Assembly: GCA_028534125.1 (NCBI GenBank)
Contig: CM052816.1
Span: forward strand, 14,510,001-14,574,000
Reading direction: 5' to 3'
Source: Lama glama
Taxonomy: Eukaryota
Length of the DNA stretch: 64,000 nt
The notes under the pieces are model-generated. The model searched no databases, was not told the origin of the DNA, and was given only the letters and a program-made list of their open reading frames with translations. Positions within the stretch are counted from its first letter, which is position 1. Every line of letters begins with the position of its first letter. Both the position numbers and the translations under genes were made by a program. Shown piece after piece: positions 48,160-60,564 of the stretch.

Positions 48160-48950
48160 CCCCTGGAATCACCCGTGATCCCTTCTCCCACACTCCCCAT
48201 ATTTTATCCTTCAGCTCATCCTGTTGGCTTTACCTGCACAAAACACCCAGAATCAGACCTCTATCACACCTCCATTGCTCCCTTCCTGAACTAAGCTACC
48301 ATCTGCTCTCACCTGGATTATGGCAGTAGCCTCCTAACTCCTCTCTCTGCTCCTGTCCTCGACCCCAACAGCCAGTCTACTCTCGGCACCACAGTCAGAG
48401 TGATACCTTTATAACATAAATCAGATCATGCCTAAAACCCTCTAGTGGATTCCCGTCTCATTCAGATAAAAGCCAGTCCTTACCAAGGCCAACAAGGTCC
48501 ACACGATCTGCACTCGCCGTCTCCGTGACTCCAATTCCTATGATTCTGCCTTTGCCAGCGCAGCTACTCTGGCCTGCTTGCTATTCATAAAAAGGTCTCA
48601 CCTCCAAGCCTTTGTACCTTGCAGTTGCTGTTCCCTTGCCCTGGAATGCTCTCCCCCCAGACGTGTGCTTGCTAACTCCCGCACTTCCTGTGAGTCTCTG
48701 CTCCAAGTCACTTTCTCTGCGAGACCCCTCTGACCACTCTATTTCCACCGCAGCCCCCCATCAGCACACCCTCTCTTCCATTTACTGCTTGGTTTTATTC
48801 TACTGCGTTTCTTGTTTCTAAGATGCGCTCTAATTTACTACATATCTTCTCTGTGGTCTGCCTCCCCTCACTAAGTGTCCGCTCCACAAGGGCGGGGCTT
48901 TTTGTCCATTTTGTTCACAGTTATATCCCCTGTGCCTCGGACAGTGCCTC
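48160..48950 (+). mobile_element. L2a LINE 3' fragment
   Basis: atctgctctcacctggattatggcagtagcctcctaact...gctgttcccttgccctggaatgct...ttttgttcacagttatatccc. Confidence 0.9.
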
Positions 48951-49079
48951 CACGTCACAGTCACAGGTGTTCAGCCAGCCAGATAAGAAGGGACACCTCC
49001 CCACTTTGGGAGGCAAAGAGCAAGGCTCCAAAGAGAATACCATTTTTGTGCTGAGTTGCTCTTCATTTAAGTTTTTATT

Positions 49080-49400
49080 CCATTGACTCCTAACAGTAGC
49101 CTTTGTGGTGACAACTATTATTGGCCCCACATTACAGATCAGGCAGCTGAGGCTCAGAGAGGGGGTGAAGTAGTGGGAGAGCTGAGTGTCCTTCAGATCT
49201 CAAAGGACAGGCGTTGGTGCCAGGCTGCCCGGGCTGGTGAACCATCGACAGGAACTTGGACAAGCTTCTGTCCTCTCTGTGCCTCAGTGTCCTCATCTAC
49301 AAAATGGGAACAATCACAGCACCTGCCTCCAAGGGCTGTTGGGAGGGTCCGGTGCAACAGCACACTTGATGTGGGCCGCACGGAAGGCACTCAGTCATGT
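49080..49400. mobile_element. two MIR fragments (minus, then plus)
   Basis: cacattacagatcaggcagctgaggctcagagagg; ctctctgtgcctcagtgtcctcatctacaaaatggg. Confidence 0.8.
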
Positions 49401-50239
49401 TGTGTTATTCTGGGGGCTGCACTCTGCCACCTGAGTCAGGCCTCTGGGCCCCTCTCCACCCAGGGGTCTCCATCCCATTTCCACCAGGCCCTCGGGTCAG
49501 CCCAGGGCTCTGTCTTCAAATGGCAGTGGCCAGGCTTGTCCAGTCCCATTTGTTTAGGCAGAATTTAATTCCTCCCTAAGCTCAGAGTCCTCTGCCCCCT
49601 CCTGCCCTCTCTTTTGCTCTCATCAGCGGGAAAATGAGCTCCGGGAGCTTTACCCCGGTCCAGAAATCCAAGGTGAAGAATTTCATTAACAATCAAGAGG
49701 ACATAATCAACATTCTAATAATTCCAGATCCGTACTCCCCGTTTTGCAGCCCCCTCAAAGTGCCCCCAACCTCCCCACTCCACCCCGTTCCCAGCTCTCC
49801 CAGACACATTCACCTTGACAAAGAAATCTCATTTCCTCTGCAACCAAATTTGCGTTGCTGTTAAATTCAGCACCTTACCTTCTGCCCTGAAGATGAGGGA
49901 TGTGCTTCAGGCTTCCTGGATTTCTCCCGCTTCTGAAAGAGACATGAGTAGGAAGGATGGGGTCTTGATGGACTGGCTTCCCTTCCACCTCCTGGAAGGT
50001 TCTAGGGTCGGGTGACACATCTTCCCTGTAGGGACTCAGGTCCTTCCTACCCCATTGCCAGAGAAGCAGAACTTGTGGTGTGGGAGAAGAGCGGGTCACG
50101 TCTTCTCTAGGACTGCGAAGGGATCGAGAGCTGATCAACATCCTTTGCAAGTTCATTTGCCTCTTCACACACAGTGCCAGTGCGCCAGCTGGAAACCCTT
50201 GCCCCAGCACTTGGGAGCATCTAGCCTGTACCACCCTCT

Positions 50240-50395
50240 GGCTATTTGACCTTGGGTGAATTCATCTTTCTACGCCTCAGTTTCCTGATCTATAAGGTGG
50301 GAATAATAGCAATAATGCCTCTCTCTCAAGGTCATTGGTGGAATGAAATAAGAACGCTCAGCACAGGGCCAGGTAAGGAGAGGCACATGCTAAGT
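50240..50395 (+). mobile_element. MIR SINE
   Basis: tgaccttgggtgaattc...gcctcagtttcctgatctataaggtgggaataatag. Confidence 0.85.
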
Positions 50396-50459
50396 GTAGT
50401 ACTAGTCACAGTGTCTTTGGCTTTGAGTCCTGCGACATAATATTCACCATCCTTTCTCT

Positions 50460-51120
50460 CACCTCATTCATGCCTTCATCCACTTGGAAGACACTGAGTT
50501 CTTATTGACACAGTGAAGTGTGGGAGATGACTATGTTCAGCAGGCATTTCGGTACAGTGTGGTCAGAGCTACGACAGATGAAGTTCTGGGGTCTATGGGA
50601 ACCCAAAGAGGGTGCCTATGTGGTGGTCAGAGGCTCTGGCAGAAGCTGAGTCCAGAGGGATGAGGAGGGATTTGCCTGGAGGTGGTGAGTGAGAGGGAGG
50701 TCTGAGCAGGGAAACAGTCAGTGCAAAGACCCAGAGGTGCGAACTCCTGGAGACTGGCCAGGAGCGCTCCTGAGGGGCCAGTGGTGGCGGTGGGGCGGCC
50801 AGGCGCCAGGGCCAGAGTGCTAAACCTGGCCTTGGAAACCACAGAATGGAGTTTGGCTTTTATCCTGAGGGCATGTGGAGCTGTTGAAGGACACAGAGGA
50901 GAGTAGTGGACTGACTGTTCTAGAAACATCTGTCTGGCTGCAATGCGGAAGGTAGATGGAGAGGAGCAAGGGGGGACGTGGGGAGATGAGTGAGGAGGTG
51001 GATGGGCCTGGGCTACTGATGGCCGTGGAGATGGACAACAGCAGAGATGTGCCTTCCAGGGGCCATCCTGGCCAGGGCTGGCACTGACGGACGGTCAGGG
51101 TGTCGGAGATGATGGCTTCA
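50460..51120 (-). mobile_element. L2 LINE fragment
   Basis: gcagggaaacagtcagtgcaaagacccagagg...ggagtttggcttttatcctgagggc. Confidence 0.75.
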
Positions 51121-51511
51121 GCACCCACACCCTCTGGGGGCCCTGGAAGAGGCACAGGACCGAGAGGAGACTCTGCGTGTCTGGGCCCTGGGGTGGGGGC
51201 TGCACGTGGCCCGGGTGCCTGTCTGGGAAGGTGCCTGAGGAAGCCTTGGGCTGCCGGAGGCAGGGCAAGGAGCGGGAGCCCAGAGCCCATGGTCACCCTG
51301 GCCCGGCCCAGTCCCACACTCTGTGCAGCTGGGGCCCCAGGATTCCAGGCTCAACAGAGGATGTGGCAGGAAGTTTAATTCTCTAATCTCTGAATCCTCT
51401 TGAAATCCCTTTTGAGCCTTGAGCGGCCCTGGGGCCCACTTCCCTATGGCGGCTCCACGGCGGGGCTGATGGCACCTGGCTTGTGCTGCATGCACTGACA
51501 CTACACCCTCC

Positions 51512-51568
51512 ACGCGCACACGCGCACATGCATATACACACACACACACATGCACACACACACACACA
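51512..51568. repeat. (CA)n/(CG) microsatellite
   Basis: Directly visible; a (TG)n tract also lies at 51836-51870. Confidence 0.9.
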
Positions 51569-53324
51569 GAGGGCTCCAATGATGAGCCTGGGGTGGGGGG
51601 TGGAGAGGAAGAAAAGATACTCCCAGATCTAGTCTCCATGGTCAGGGAGAGATTAACCCCTTAGGGGACAGGGGAGGGACACTGCTGTGCTCCAAGTGAC
51701 AGGGCACTCTCCCTACTGGAGCTCCAGCTGGGCACCAAGCCTCCAGACCCCTTCCCTTCTAGCTCCTTCCTAGGGCACATGGGTCCCCTCCCCAACCTCT
51801 GCCCTACTCCCTAAGGGGATCTGCAGCAAGTCTGGGTGTGTGTGTGTGTGTCTGTGTGTGTGTGTCTGCGTCTGCGGAGAGGGGAACTGGGGAGTGTCTG
51901 GGAAAAGAGAAGAGGAAGGAAAGTCTTGCCTCCATTTCCAATGGGGACAGGAGCAGGCTGTTCCCAAGTTGGGAGGTAGGACAGATGGTTAGAAGCCTCC
52001 TGGAAGGTCTCCCGCTCTCACCCCTCTGGCCCCTGATCCTTCCTCCATATGGCGGCCACATTACTCTCCTGTCCCAAATCTTTCTCTAGCTCCTCAGTGC
52101 CCTCAGACTAGGGCATTCACCACAAGGCTGACAGGGCCTCTATCCACTTTCCAGCCTCCATGTTAACACCCCTCCCCCAAGGCCTCCAGGTCTCTCCCAC
52201 CACTCTTCCCTCTGCTGGTCCAGCCCTACACCCTACCCTTCTCGCTCATTTTCTAGGTATCAGAAGTCTTGAAGGGAAGTTTTTCAGATCCTCCTTTAAG
52301 CTAGAAAAGGCTCCCCCTTTGGGTACCCCAGGGGACCACTGGCTTCCCCTGTCCCCACCTCAGCCTGTGCCCACCATCCTCGCTCTGATCACTCGTGTTG
52401 TACCTGCCTGGTCCTTTCGCTCTCGTGGCTGTGAGCTCTGTGAGGGCAGGAACTTGCCTTTCTGGAATCCTCAATGCCTGGCACCATGCCTAGTATTCAT
52501 TCAACATCAGTGGAAGGAAAAACCCCAGGCATTCTCAAGATGGCATTATTTTTCAGGCTGGAGCTGGCTGGAGCTTGGATCACCAAGATGAACCTCCTAT
52601 TTTTGAGGCCCAGAGAGTGGAACGGACTGGCCCAAGGTCACAGAGAGGGAGTGGTTGAGCCAGGAGTCCTATCCCCTGGGGCATCCTGGGAGGAAATGGA
52701 GGCAGCTGGCAGGAAGTGGACAGGGACACACGTAGGGAGGGGGCTCAGCCTGAGGATTCCCTCAGCAGCAGCAGCAGCGCCCATAGGGTGTGCATAGGTG
52801 TGTGTCTGCTGCGCCTGACTGGCTGGGAACCCCGTCCTGCCACCCTACAGTGAGGGGACCCACTTCCCTGGGGAGGAGCCATTCCGGACTGGGTGCTGGG
52901 GTGTTGAGGAGGCCAAGCCTTCAGATTGGATTGGGGTTTATGTCATCTCAAGTCCCTGTGGAAGCTGAGAGCAGGTACCCAGGGGGCAAGGCCAGCACCG
53001 GGGAAGCAATCATAGGCTAATAGCCTCCCAGCCTGAGACGCAATTAGGGTGCAGCTCCCCCGGGGGCTGGGAGGCAGCAGGGATGGGCAGTGAGTTGTTT
53101 GGACTTGGATAGGAGCCCACCTCTGCGGGTTCTGGCCTGGGGTCAGAGGGGACAGGATGAAGGCACAGGTGGGGTAAGGAGATCTCCAAACAGAAGGAAG
53201 GGTAGGGACAGGGGTGGGTAGTGAGGCAGAGGGGGCCTTGGAGGTGAAGCACAGCCACGGAAGATGAGTGGAGCAGGGTGCTCTCCCAGGACCCCAGTGT
53301 AGCAGTGAAAGAGCCACGCCAACC

Positions 53325-53660
53325 GAGAGCCTCAGCCTTTCTGAGTGCCAGTTTCCTTCCTTATAAGGTAGGAATTATAATAAGAGAATCCATCTCAGAG
53401 GGCGATTGTGAAAGTTAAGTGGGAAAAAGCATGTAGAGGGCTTGGCCCAGAATGTGGTCCTTACTAAGTCTTAGTAGATCATCACGACGACGAGGAAGAT
53501 TCAGGGAGGTGCTGTCACACACCGGGCATACACTCACACTTTGGAATCATGCTGACCTGGGTTCAACTCCCAGTTCCTCCACTTAGAAGCTCCACGACTT
53601 TAAGCAAAGACTGAGCCCTTGGTCTGCCATCTGTAAACAGAAGTACTTAACCTCAGCCAG
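53325..53660 (+). mobile_element. two tandem MIR fragments
   Basis: ctgagtgccagtttccttccttataagg; ctttggaatca...cctgggttcaactcccagttcctccacttag. Confidence 0.7.
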
Positions 53661-54064
53661 GGTGAGAGGAAGTCCAACACGGAATGTAACTGCCTGGGAA
53701 GCAGGTTCTCCCTCAATGGCAGCTCCCAGGATGGAGTTGGGGTCACTCCCTGGGTCCCAGATCACAGCCCCAAGTCTTCTGCCCATGAGAGCACAAGGCA
53801 GCTTTCTCTGACCCCTTCTATGCCAGTCTGTCCAAGGCAAAGCTCTGCAGAGCTGGCCTCCTGCTGGAGCCTTGACAAGGGCCAACAGGGACCCGTGACT
53901 GTGATTTGGAGGGTAGTTCTTAGAAACTGCCACTAGATACACTGCAGCTGGGAGGAGCTGAGAGCCTGGGGGACAAGTTCAGTCCTCCCAGAACTATGGG
54001 CCCAGGGCCAGCCTCACCTGGGGGCTGGGGGAGGGGTGGGGCCGCCATGCTCATTCGCCCAGGC

Positions 54065-54260
54065 CTTTACTGAGCTCATGGTCTCCATCACCTGGTGTAA
54101 TCCTCATAACAACCCCACGAGGAGGCATAGTTATCACTCTTCTCCCACAAACAGGGAAACTGGGCTCAGGGAGACGCAGTGCCGAGCCCCAGGCCGCCTA
54201 ACTAGTGAGTGTCAGCCGCTGGATTATAACTCACTCAGGATTGCCCCAAAGCCCGGGCTT
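54065..54260 (-). mobile_element. MIR SINE
   Basis: taatcctcataacaaccccacgaggaggca...gggaaactgggctcagggag. Confidence 0.8.
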
Positions 54261-54844
54261 TTCAGCCCAGCAGTTCTGAGCTTCAGGGGGAAGCTTGGTT
54301 AACAACCTGTATCACGCACACTCCTGCCGGATCCCCTCTGGAGGTCTGGAGGAATATGCAGGCGGGCAGTGTTAACAAGCCCTGGGATTCAGATGCCAGT
54401 GGTCTGGGGACCGCTGGGGCAAGGCCCAGGCTGATGTCAGGCTGGGCTGAGGGAGAGGTCGGTGTCCAGCCCACAAGGTCGCTGACTGGGCTGCAGGCGG
54501 GGGTGCCCTGCCACTGCGTTCCAGCTCCACGGTCCCTCCTTACCTGCCTGCCTGGCCAGGGAAGGAGTCCAGGTGCTTTGAGAGAAAGAGGAAGTACAGC
54601 CCCGAACCTGCTGAGGTGGCTGCCTTGGGGTAAATATAACCCTGGGTTTCCTGGGCCCTGGATGACTCAGCATATCTGAGCCCAAGGTTTTCCTCTCCTC
54701 TGTCGGTGGAGAAGGGAGAAATCAAATCAGCGGCACCGACTGCCTAGAAGTCGTTTCAGTGAAGAGGTCTCTTCCCCCGGCTCCGACAGGCTTTGGAAGA
54801 GGAAGCCACACTCCGTCCCCAGGGCCCATCTGAGGCAGGGGAGA

Positions 54845-54990
54845 CAGCCTGGTGGCGCAGCAAGAGCGTGAGCCAGCGTCGGCCTGGATTCAAATCCCAG
54901 CCCTGCTACTTACCGGCTGTGTGGCCTGAGTCCCAGTTTCCTTGTCTGTAAAATGGGGATAATCATAGCCACCTCTACAAAGATGAACAA
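54845..54990 (+). mobile_element. MIR SINE
   Basis: cctggattcaaatcccagccctgctacttaccggctgtgtggcc...cagtttccttgtctgtaaaatggggataat. Confidence 0.9.
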
Positions 54991-55499
54991 AGAACATTTG
55001 CAAGGCAAGCAGGCATTCTGAAAGTGTTTGTTTCCTTTCCTCCTCAGCCCCCAAGCCTCTCCGGCAACTGAGATACACCACAAGCGACAGAGCCTTCCCA
55101 GACTCCTCTTTAAAATGCACAGAGCCAAGAGGAGTGGGCTAGTTATTAAGTCCACCTGAGATGAAGCATGTGCAGACCCTGACTTTCACAGCCGTAAGAT
55201 GGAAACAATGATGTCCCTGTTGTTCAGTTACTGACACCTGAGAAAAGCCAGGCTGGCACGGCCTTAGAAAGCAGATTCTGGCCCCACTCCCTTATTTTCA
55301 AAAGAAGGAAGGCAGAGGTGGGCAGAGGTGCTGGCCCAAGGTCACCCAGAGGGGCAGACTCATAGAGTCAGCCTCGAATTCAGTTTGCCTGAGGTTCTGC
55401 TTGCTTGCTGTCAGGAGAGACAGGTCCTGGGAGAGCCGGTGTGGGCACGGGGAGGTTGGGGAGGAGCCTGACAAGGAGGGCCTGCTGCTCTTGGCCGTT

Positions 55500-55590
55500 C
55501 CCCTGGTACCTGGAACAGTGCTCGGCACATAGCAGGCATTCAATAAGGATTTATGGAGTGAATGAGTGAATGAATGAATGAATGAACGAA
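55500..55590 (+). mobile_element. L2 3' tail
   Basis: cctggaacagtgctcggcacatagcaggcattcaataa...gaatgaatgaatg. Confidence 0.85.
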
Positions 55591-56259
55591 CAGGGTAGCA
55601 GGAAGACAAAGGTGCCCTTCCAGGACACGAGGGTGTCTCTGTGAGACTATGGTCACGTTGACAAGGGGCCCTCAGGGTCTCCCCAGAGCTGAGTCGGCAT
55701 GTCCACTTTGCCTCCTCCAGTTGGCAGCTCCGGGAAGGGGCGGAGGGGGGCTCCTCAGGGACAGAGACCAGAGCTGCGGCCAGAGGGCTGGAGCTTAGAC
55801 AGCAGGAGAGTTGTTGGAAGGAGGCAGGGAAGCCAGGTGGCTGCTTCTTTCAGAAATCTGTGTGTGTAGGTGGGGGAGGCAGTGCTCTGTCTGTGTCTGA
55901 GGCAGGCGGGAGGGAGGGCTGTGTGAGGCCGGGGGTGGGGAGTGGCTGTGGCAACCCTGAGTCACACTTGCTCAGAGCCTGGGCCACTTCACCTAGGGAC
56001 TTTGTGGGCAAAGCCACCTCTGCTCCCGAGAGGTAGACCTTGCTCAGGGACTGCTGACTGCTCGGGACCCTGTTGCCATGTATACACAGAAGTTTCCTCT
56101 GAGAGCATTAGAAGTCCTGGGCCAGCCCTGCCCTCAGCCTGGTTTAAAGCCTGGAGTTGGGGTGGGGGTGCAGTTGGGGCAGCAAAGAGATTTGGTAGGA
56201 CCTTGTCAGGCACGTGGCACATCACCCACAGACGTATGCCGCATGGCGGCCTCTGGCTT

Positions 56260-56460
56260 TAGAGATCCGCAGACCTGGGCCAGAATCCCAGTTATTAGCT
56301 GGTGGCCTTGGGCAAGGGATAATACGTGTGGGAGCCTCAGCTCCGTCATCTGTAGAGTGGGGTTGAGGAGCGTCTTCACAGGGCCGTCGGGCTGTTGGCT
56401 TGTGCCCGTGCAGGGCAGTGATGCGGTGGGACTGTGAGACGCAGTAAGCGGGAACTATTA
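56260..56460 (+). mobile_element. MIR SINE
   Basis: ggccttgggcaag...gagcctcagctccgtcatctgtagagtgggg. Confidence 0.7.
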
Positions 56461-56549
56461 GTTCTGTAATTGGCATCAGGATCGGAGCCCTGCAGGAGCC
56501 CGCCCTGAAGGCAGCAGCTCTGTGCCCTCAGCCTGCTCTCTGGGACTCC

Positions 56550-56860
56550 TGAGTGAGGCGCGAGAGAGGCCTGACTCGTTCCCCACAGACGCGGGCGATC
56601 AAGAGTCAGGACTTATGTCATCCTTTGAACATGGGCCTGGAGGCTCTGCCGCAGGCGCATCTGAAAAATAAATAATAACAACTTGAATAATTCACAGAAT
56701 CCGTGTGAATAATTCACCACGGCCTCCCGAGCACCAGCGATTAGTCACCGCAGACCCGGCTCCAGTCCTGTCTGGCTCTGGCTGCTCCACCGCCCTGGCC
56801 CGGGGAATGCGGCCGCCCCGGGGTGGGAGGCGCAGGACAGGCTGGACCACTGGGGCCGGG
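56550..56860. promoter_or_regulatory. CpG-enriched enhancer candidate with duplicated TGAATAATTCAC
   Basis: Two copies at 56684-56695 and 56706-56717; E-box CATCTG 56658-56663; CpG-rich flanks. Confidence 0.5.
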
Positions 56861-57224
56861 GCTCTTGAGGTTGCAGGAGCCTGGGGGGCAGCTGGGGAGG
56901 TGGGGGGCATGGTCTCTCTGGGTTCACAGAGACCGAGGGGCAGGGGCAGCCAAAGGGGACCATCTTCGGTTCCCTAGGCAAAGAGGGTCCTACAGCTGCT
57001 TCCCTTCTCTGGGTTGCATTTTGGAGACGTGGAGCGGGGAGAGCCCTTTTGGTTATACCTTAGTACCTAGTAACTAGCCCACTGTCGCCCCATCTCCACA
57101 GGGACCTCAGGCTATGCGGTCTCTCAGCCCTGAAATCAACCCCACAAAGCCCACACAGACCTCTCACGTTTCTCCTGGGAGGTGGGATGAGGTGGGGGTT
57201 TAATGCCTCTGCTCAGAACTCAGC

Positions 57225-57425
57225 CTTCAGTTCAACCGGCCAGTTACTGAGTGACTTGACCCCATAGCTCAGACGTTCCAGGTCTCCATTTCCTGATCTG
57301 TAAAATGGGGATTAAAAACATCTACTTCATAACGTAATTACTGTTCTGTGGATGAAATGATGTAATGACCATAAATTGCTTAGTGCAATGCTGGCACATA
57401 GTAAGTGCTAAAACACAGTAGCTGT
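57225..57425 (+). mobile_element. MIR SINE
   Basis: catttcctgatctgtaaaatggggatta...tgctggcacatagtaagtgct. Confidence 0.9.
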
Positions 57426-57609
57426 GATAGGTACTCATTATCCTTCCAAAGATAGCATGTTGGGGACTCGGGGTAGGAAGAGGGCTGCTCAGATGTTGCA
57501 GACATTCACATAAAACGTGATCTGCGGGCCCAGGAGAGAGGCATAGACTGCTGGCTAAGCCAAGGGATGCCTGTCTGTTAAAGTGTGAGTCGCCTCTGAG
57601 AGTCCTCAA

Positions 57610-57848
57610 GTAGATCCTCCACTCAAAACACCCAGTATCCTGTTCATTTCCTCCTGAGCACTTGCCACAATTTGTGATTATTTTCTTGCCTATTTATTCA
57701 CATTTTGATTATGTGTGTTCCCCACTCGACTGTGAGCTCCATGAGGACAGGGACCACACCTGTCTTGTTGACCAGTATCTCCCCGGGCCCTAGACTACTG
57801 CCCAGCACATAGTAGGTGCTCAGGAAATATCTGTTGATTGAATGAATA
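57610..57848 (+). mobile_element. L2 LINE 3' end
   Basis: gactgtgagctccatgaggacagggacc...cccagcacatagtaggtgctcaggaaatatctgttgattgaatgaat. Confidence 0.9.
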
Positions 57849-58621
57849 GATTTCTTAGCTGGGTAAGGTTTTAGAAGGCATGAGATCATGAGAAGCTGCT
57901 CGAACAGAGCCCCCTCTGTGGGTGGGTCAGAAGGGGTTCTGGGGACAGCAGCTGGGTGTGCAGCTCAGAGAGGGAAGGTGGTTCTGGGGCTGGCCCCTGC
58001 TAGACTGACTGCTGGTGATGCTGCAGGGATGGGGCAAGGCCTGTCTCCCCCATCTTACCTCCCAGGTAAGCCCTCCCAGTCCAAAAGAGGCTTAATGGTG
58101 GCACAGGCTCGCTGCGCCTTCCCCAGTAATGATTTAATCGCTTGTTTAGAATTTCCTGTAGCATTAATGATTATCCCCCAGAACAGGGGGAATAATTGGC
58201 TGTGTTCTCATGGTGAGCAAGCTCCCTGTTAGGGGGGAGCTGAACTTGTTCTTCTGTAATCTTCTTCTCTTACCTGACTGCCACTCACTCGCGGGGTGAT
58301 GGAGATGGATGAATTCCTGTGTGCAGAGTTGCTGGGAAGCCACCTGGAGCTGCAGGACCTGGCCAGGGCTAGGAGGCTGCAGGGAGGGCGGAGAGACTGA
58401 GAAAGAGATGCACAGAAATGCAGCTAGCGATAGAAAAACAGCAAGAGGCAGAGACGGTGAGAGTGAAGAATACTGGGAATCTGTGTTGTTGGGCCGAGTA
58501 ATCCCCAAACTCGGCTCATAGCTTCCAGTTTTCCCCCAGCCACCTCACTCTTGCTGTTTTGCAAAACTTCTGTGCATGAATGTGTACCAACTTGTGTGTT
58601 CATGTGTGGCAATCTCTAGGG

Positions 58622-58796
58622 CAGTGGTTCTCAAAAAGTGGTACCCAGACCAGCAGCATCAGCAGCATCTGACTTGTGCTTGAAATGTGCATTCTCGGGT
58701 CCCACCTCAGACTTAAGGAATCTGAAACCCAGAGGTGGAGCCTAGCATTCTAATAAGCTTTCTAGGTGATTATGGTGCTGAGGGTGAGATGCCCTG
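58622..58796 (-). mobile_element. MER5A (hAT-Charlie)
   Basis: cagtggttctcaaaaagtggtacccagaccagcagcatcagca...; opposite orientation to the 61866 copy. Confidence 0.85.
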
Positions 58797-60289
58797 CACT
58801 AATGCACAGTGTGTAGAGATGTGTGAGGTGGCTGCATGTGCTGCTGTGTGGGCCATGTGGACACACACATAAGGTGCCTGCGTGAGCATTCGAACCCCTG
58901 TCCCCAGCCAGGTGGCTGCTGCAGCAGAGGCCAGAAAGGACCCAAGCAGAAATCCAGGGCTGCTGCTCGTGGAGAGGAGGCTCAGGTCCAGCTATCAACT
59001 GCCCTAACACAGCCACCTGCCTCTGGGTGGCCACAGGATCCCCTGCTCAGGGAGTCTGAGTGGTGTTGGGGGGGCCACCGTTCCTGCCAGGGCCTCCATA
59101 AAGTAGGCCGGGGAGCAGGATCTGCGGAGAGTTGCCGGCCTCGGCCCTCAGCCCCCAACATGGCTCAAAGGGGGACCATATTCTGACCCCACTAGGACTG
59201 CGAATCCTAGGGATCTGTCTCTGCCTGTTCGCCCTGCCCCTCCATGAGCCACCGCTGTTGGGCTTTGAGGAAGTGAGTTTTCAGGGAGTAAGTAATTTAA
59301 AGAGTACTGTACAGGCCTGGGGGGAAGTGAATGATCAGCTGAGAGCTGAGAGCCACAGTGCCCGCCTGCCGGCAACCCAGCACAATTTGGGGTTGTGGGG
59401 GACATTTTGGGATGGGGGAGTGGGAAGTGGGGTGGGGTGAGAGCAGCCCTGGGGACTCTGAGGATGGCTCTGGGATGTGAGGGTTTTCAGGGGGCGGGGG
59501 CAAGGGGGAGAGGGGAAGAAATGCATGAAGCAGAGAGTGGGAAGCCCTGGGAGGGTGGGCGGACTAAGGGAGGAAGGAGAGAAAGGAGGGTGAAGAGCCG
59601 AGAAGGGAGACACTGTGGGTGGAGGAGGGAAGGGACAGAGAGGTGGGGAGGTCAGGACAGCAGCATAATGAGTGGTGTTCCCAGAGGGGTCTTTAAGGGG
59701 CTGTTTGGAGGGGAGTCACTAGGAAGTGATGGTGCCTGAAGCCCAGAGAGGAGGGGGCATGGGGGCCTCTCTTCCCCTAGGCTGACCTGAAAAAAGGGGT
59801 ATGGGCATGCCATTCACCATGAATCCGAGATAAATAAGAAAGCTGCTGGTTGAGTTTTGTATGTAACAAGACAAATAAATGAAAGGAGCGTGAATAATTA
59901 GGAAGTAATAACGACCTGGCAAAAATAGCTTTTTCTTAAAAAAAAAAGAAGGAGCAAAGAAAATAAGTACTCAGAAAACCAGAACATATACAAATGGCCC
60001 TTCTTGGGGCAGGTGAGTGAGTCAGCAAGCCAGGATACCCAGCCCCTAACAGCTCAGCCGGACCTAGGGATGGCGGGGGGTGGGGGGATTGGCCAGGCAG
60101 CCAAATCCTGCCAGAGTGGGCTGAGTTGAGATCATGTTCCTCCCCCATGCTTCCCAGCCTGCTGCTCTCTGCTGGAGCACCGGGACCCATTTGGGGGAGA
60201 CCATGGCCGTACCCAGCAGTGATGCTGACCTCAAATGTCTAAGCGCAAACCCCCAGCAGCTCTCACTTCCTTTAATTACCACTGGGGAC

Positions 60290-60463
60290 CCGTCATCCAT
60301 TAATTTCGTGCAGCCCTTTCTGAACTCCTTTCTATTTTCAGCCTGTGCAGACCCCTTGCGGGTAACAAATTCCAGAAGTTGGACAGCAGCTGTGTAAAGC
60401 AGGACTTCCCTTTAGAAATCCTAAATTAAGTAACTCCAGCTTCAGAAGGAACCTCCTTGTTCT
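60290..60463 (-). mobile_element. ancient CR1/L3 LINE ORF2 C-terminal fossil
   Basis: Minus-strand translation with two frameshifts: RTRRFLLKL / FRISKGKSCFTQLLSNFWNLLP / AQAENRKEFRKGCTKLMDD, matching the CR1 motif RTRGH..KL...F....RK.FFT.R....WN.LP...A.....FK..LD..M. Confidence 0.75.
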
Positions 60464-60564
60464 GGGCTAATGTTTCCTTATCAGTAACTTGAGAGGTTGG
60501 GGTCAACACTCCTCCCACCCCCGCCCCCGTGTTTCCAACATCCCCCTTGCTCCCACATTCAAAT

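Noticed and set aside
15921..51125. REST/NRSE half-sites (TCAGCACC at 15921, 40671, ~49867 and ~51118)
   Set aside because: None is followed by the GGACAG right half at canonical spacing.
43606..58159. Shared 14-mer TTAGAATTTCCTGT at 43606 and 58146
   Set aside because: Several exact 14-mer pairs are expected by chance in 64 kb (about 2e9 pairs / 4^14), and the similarity does not extend.
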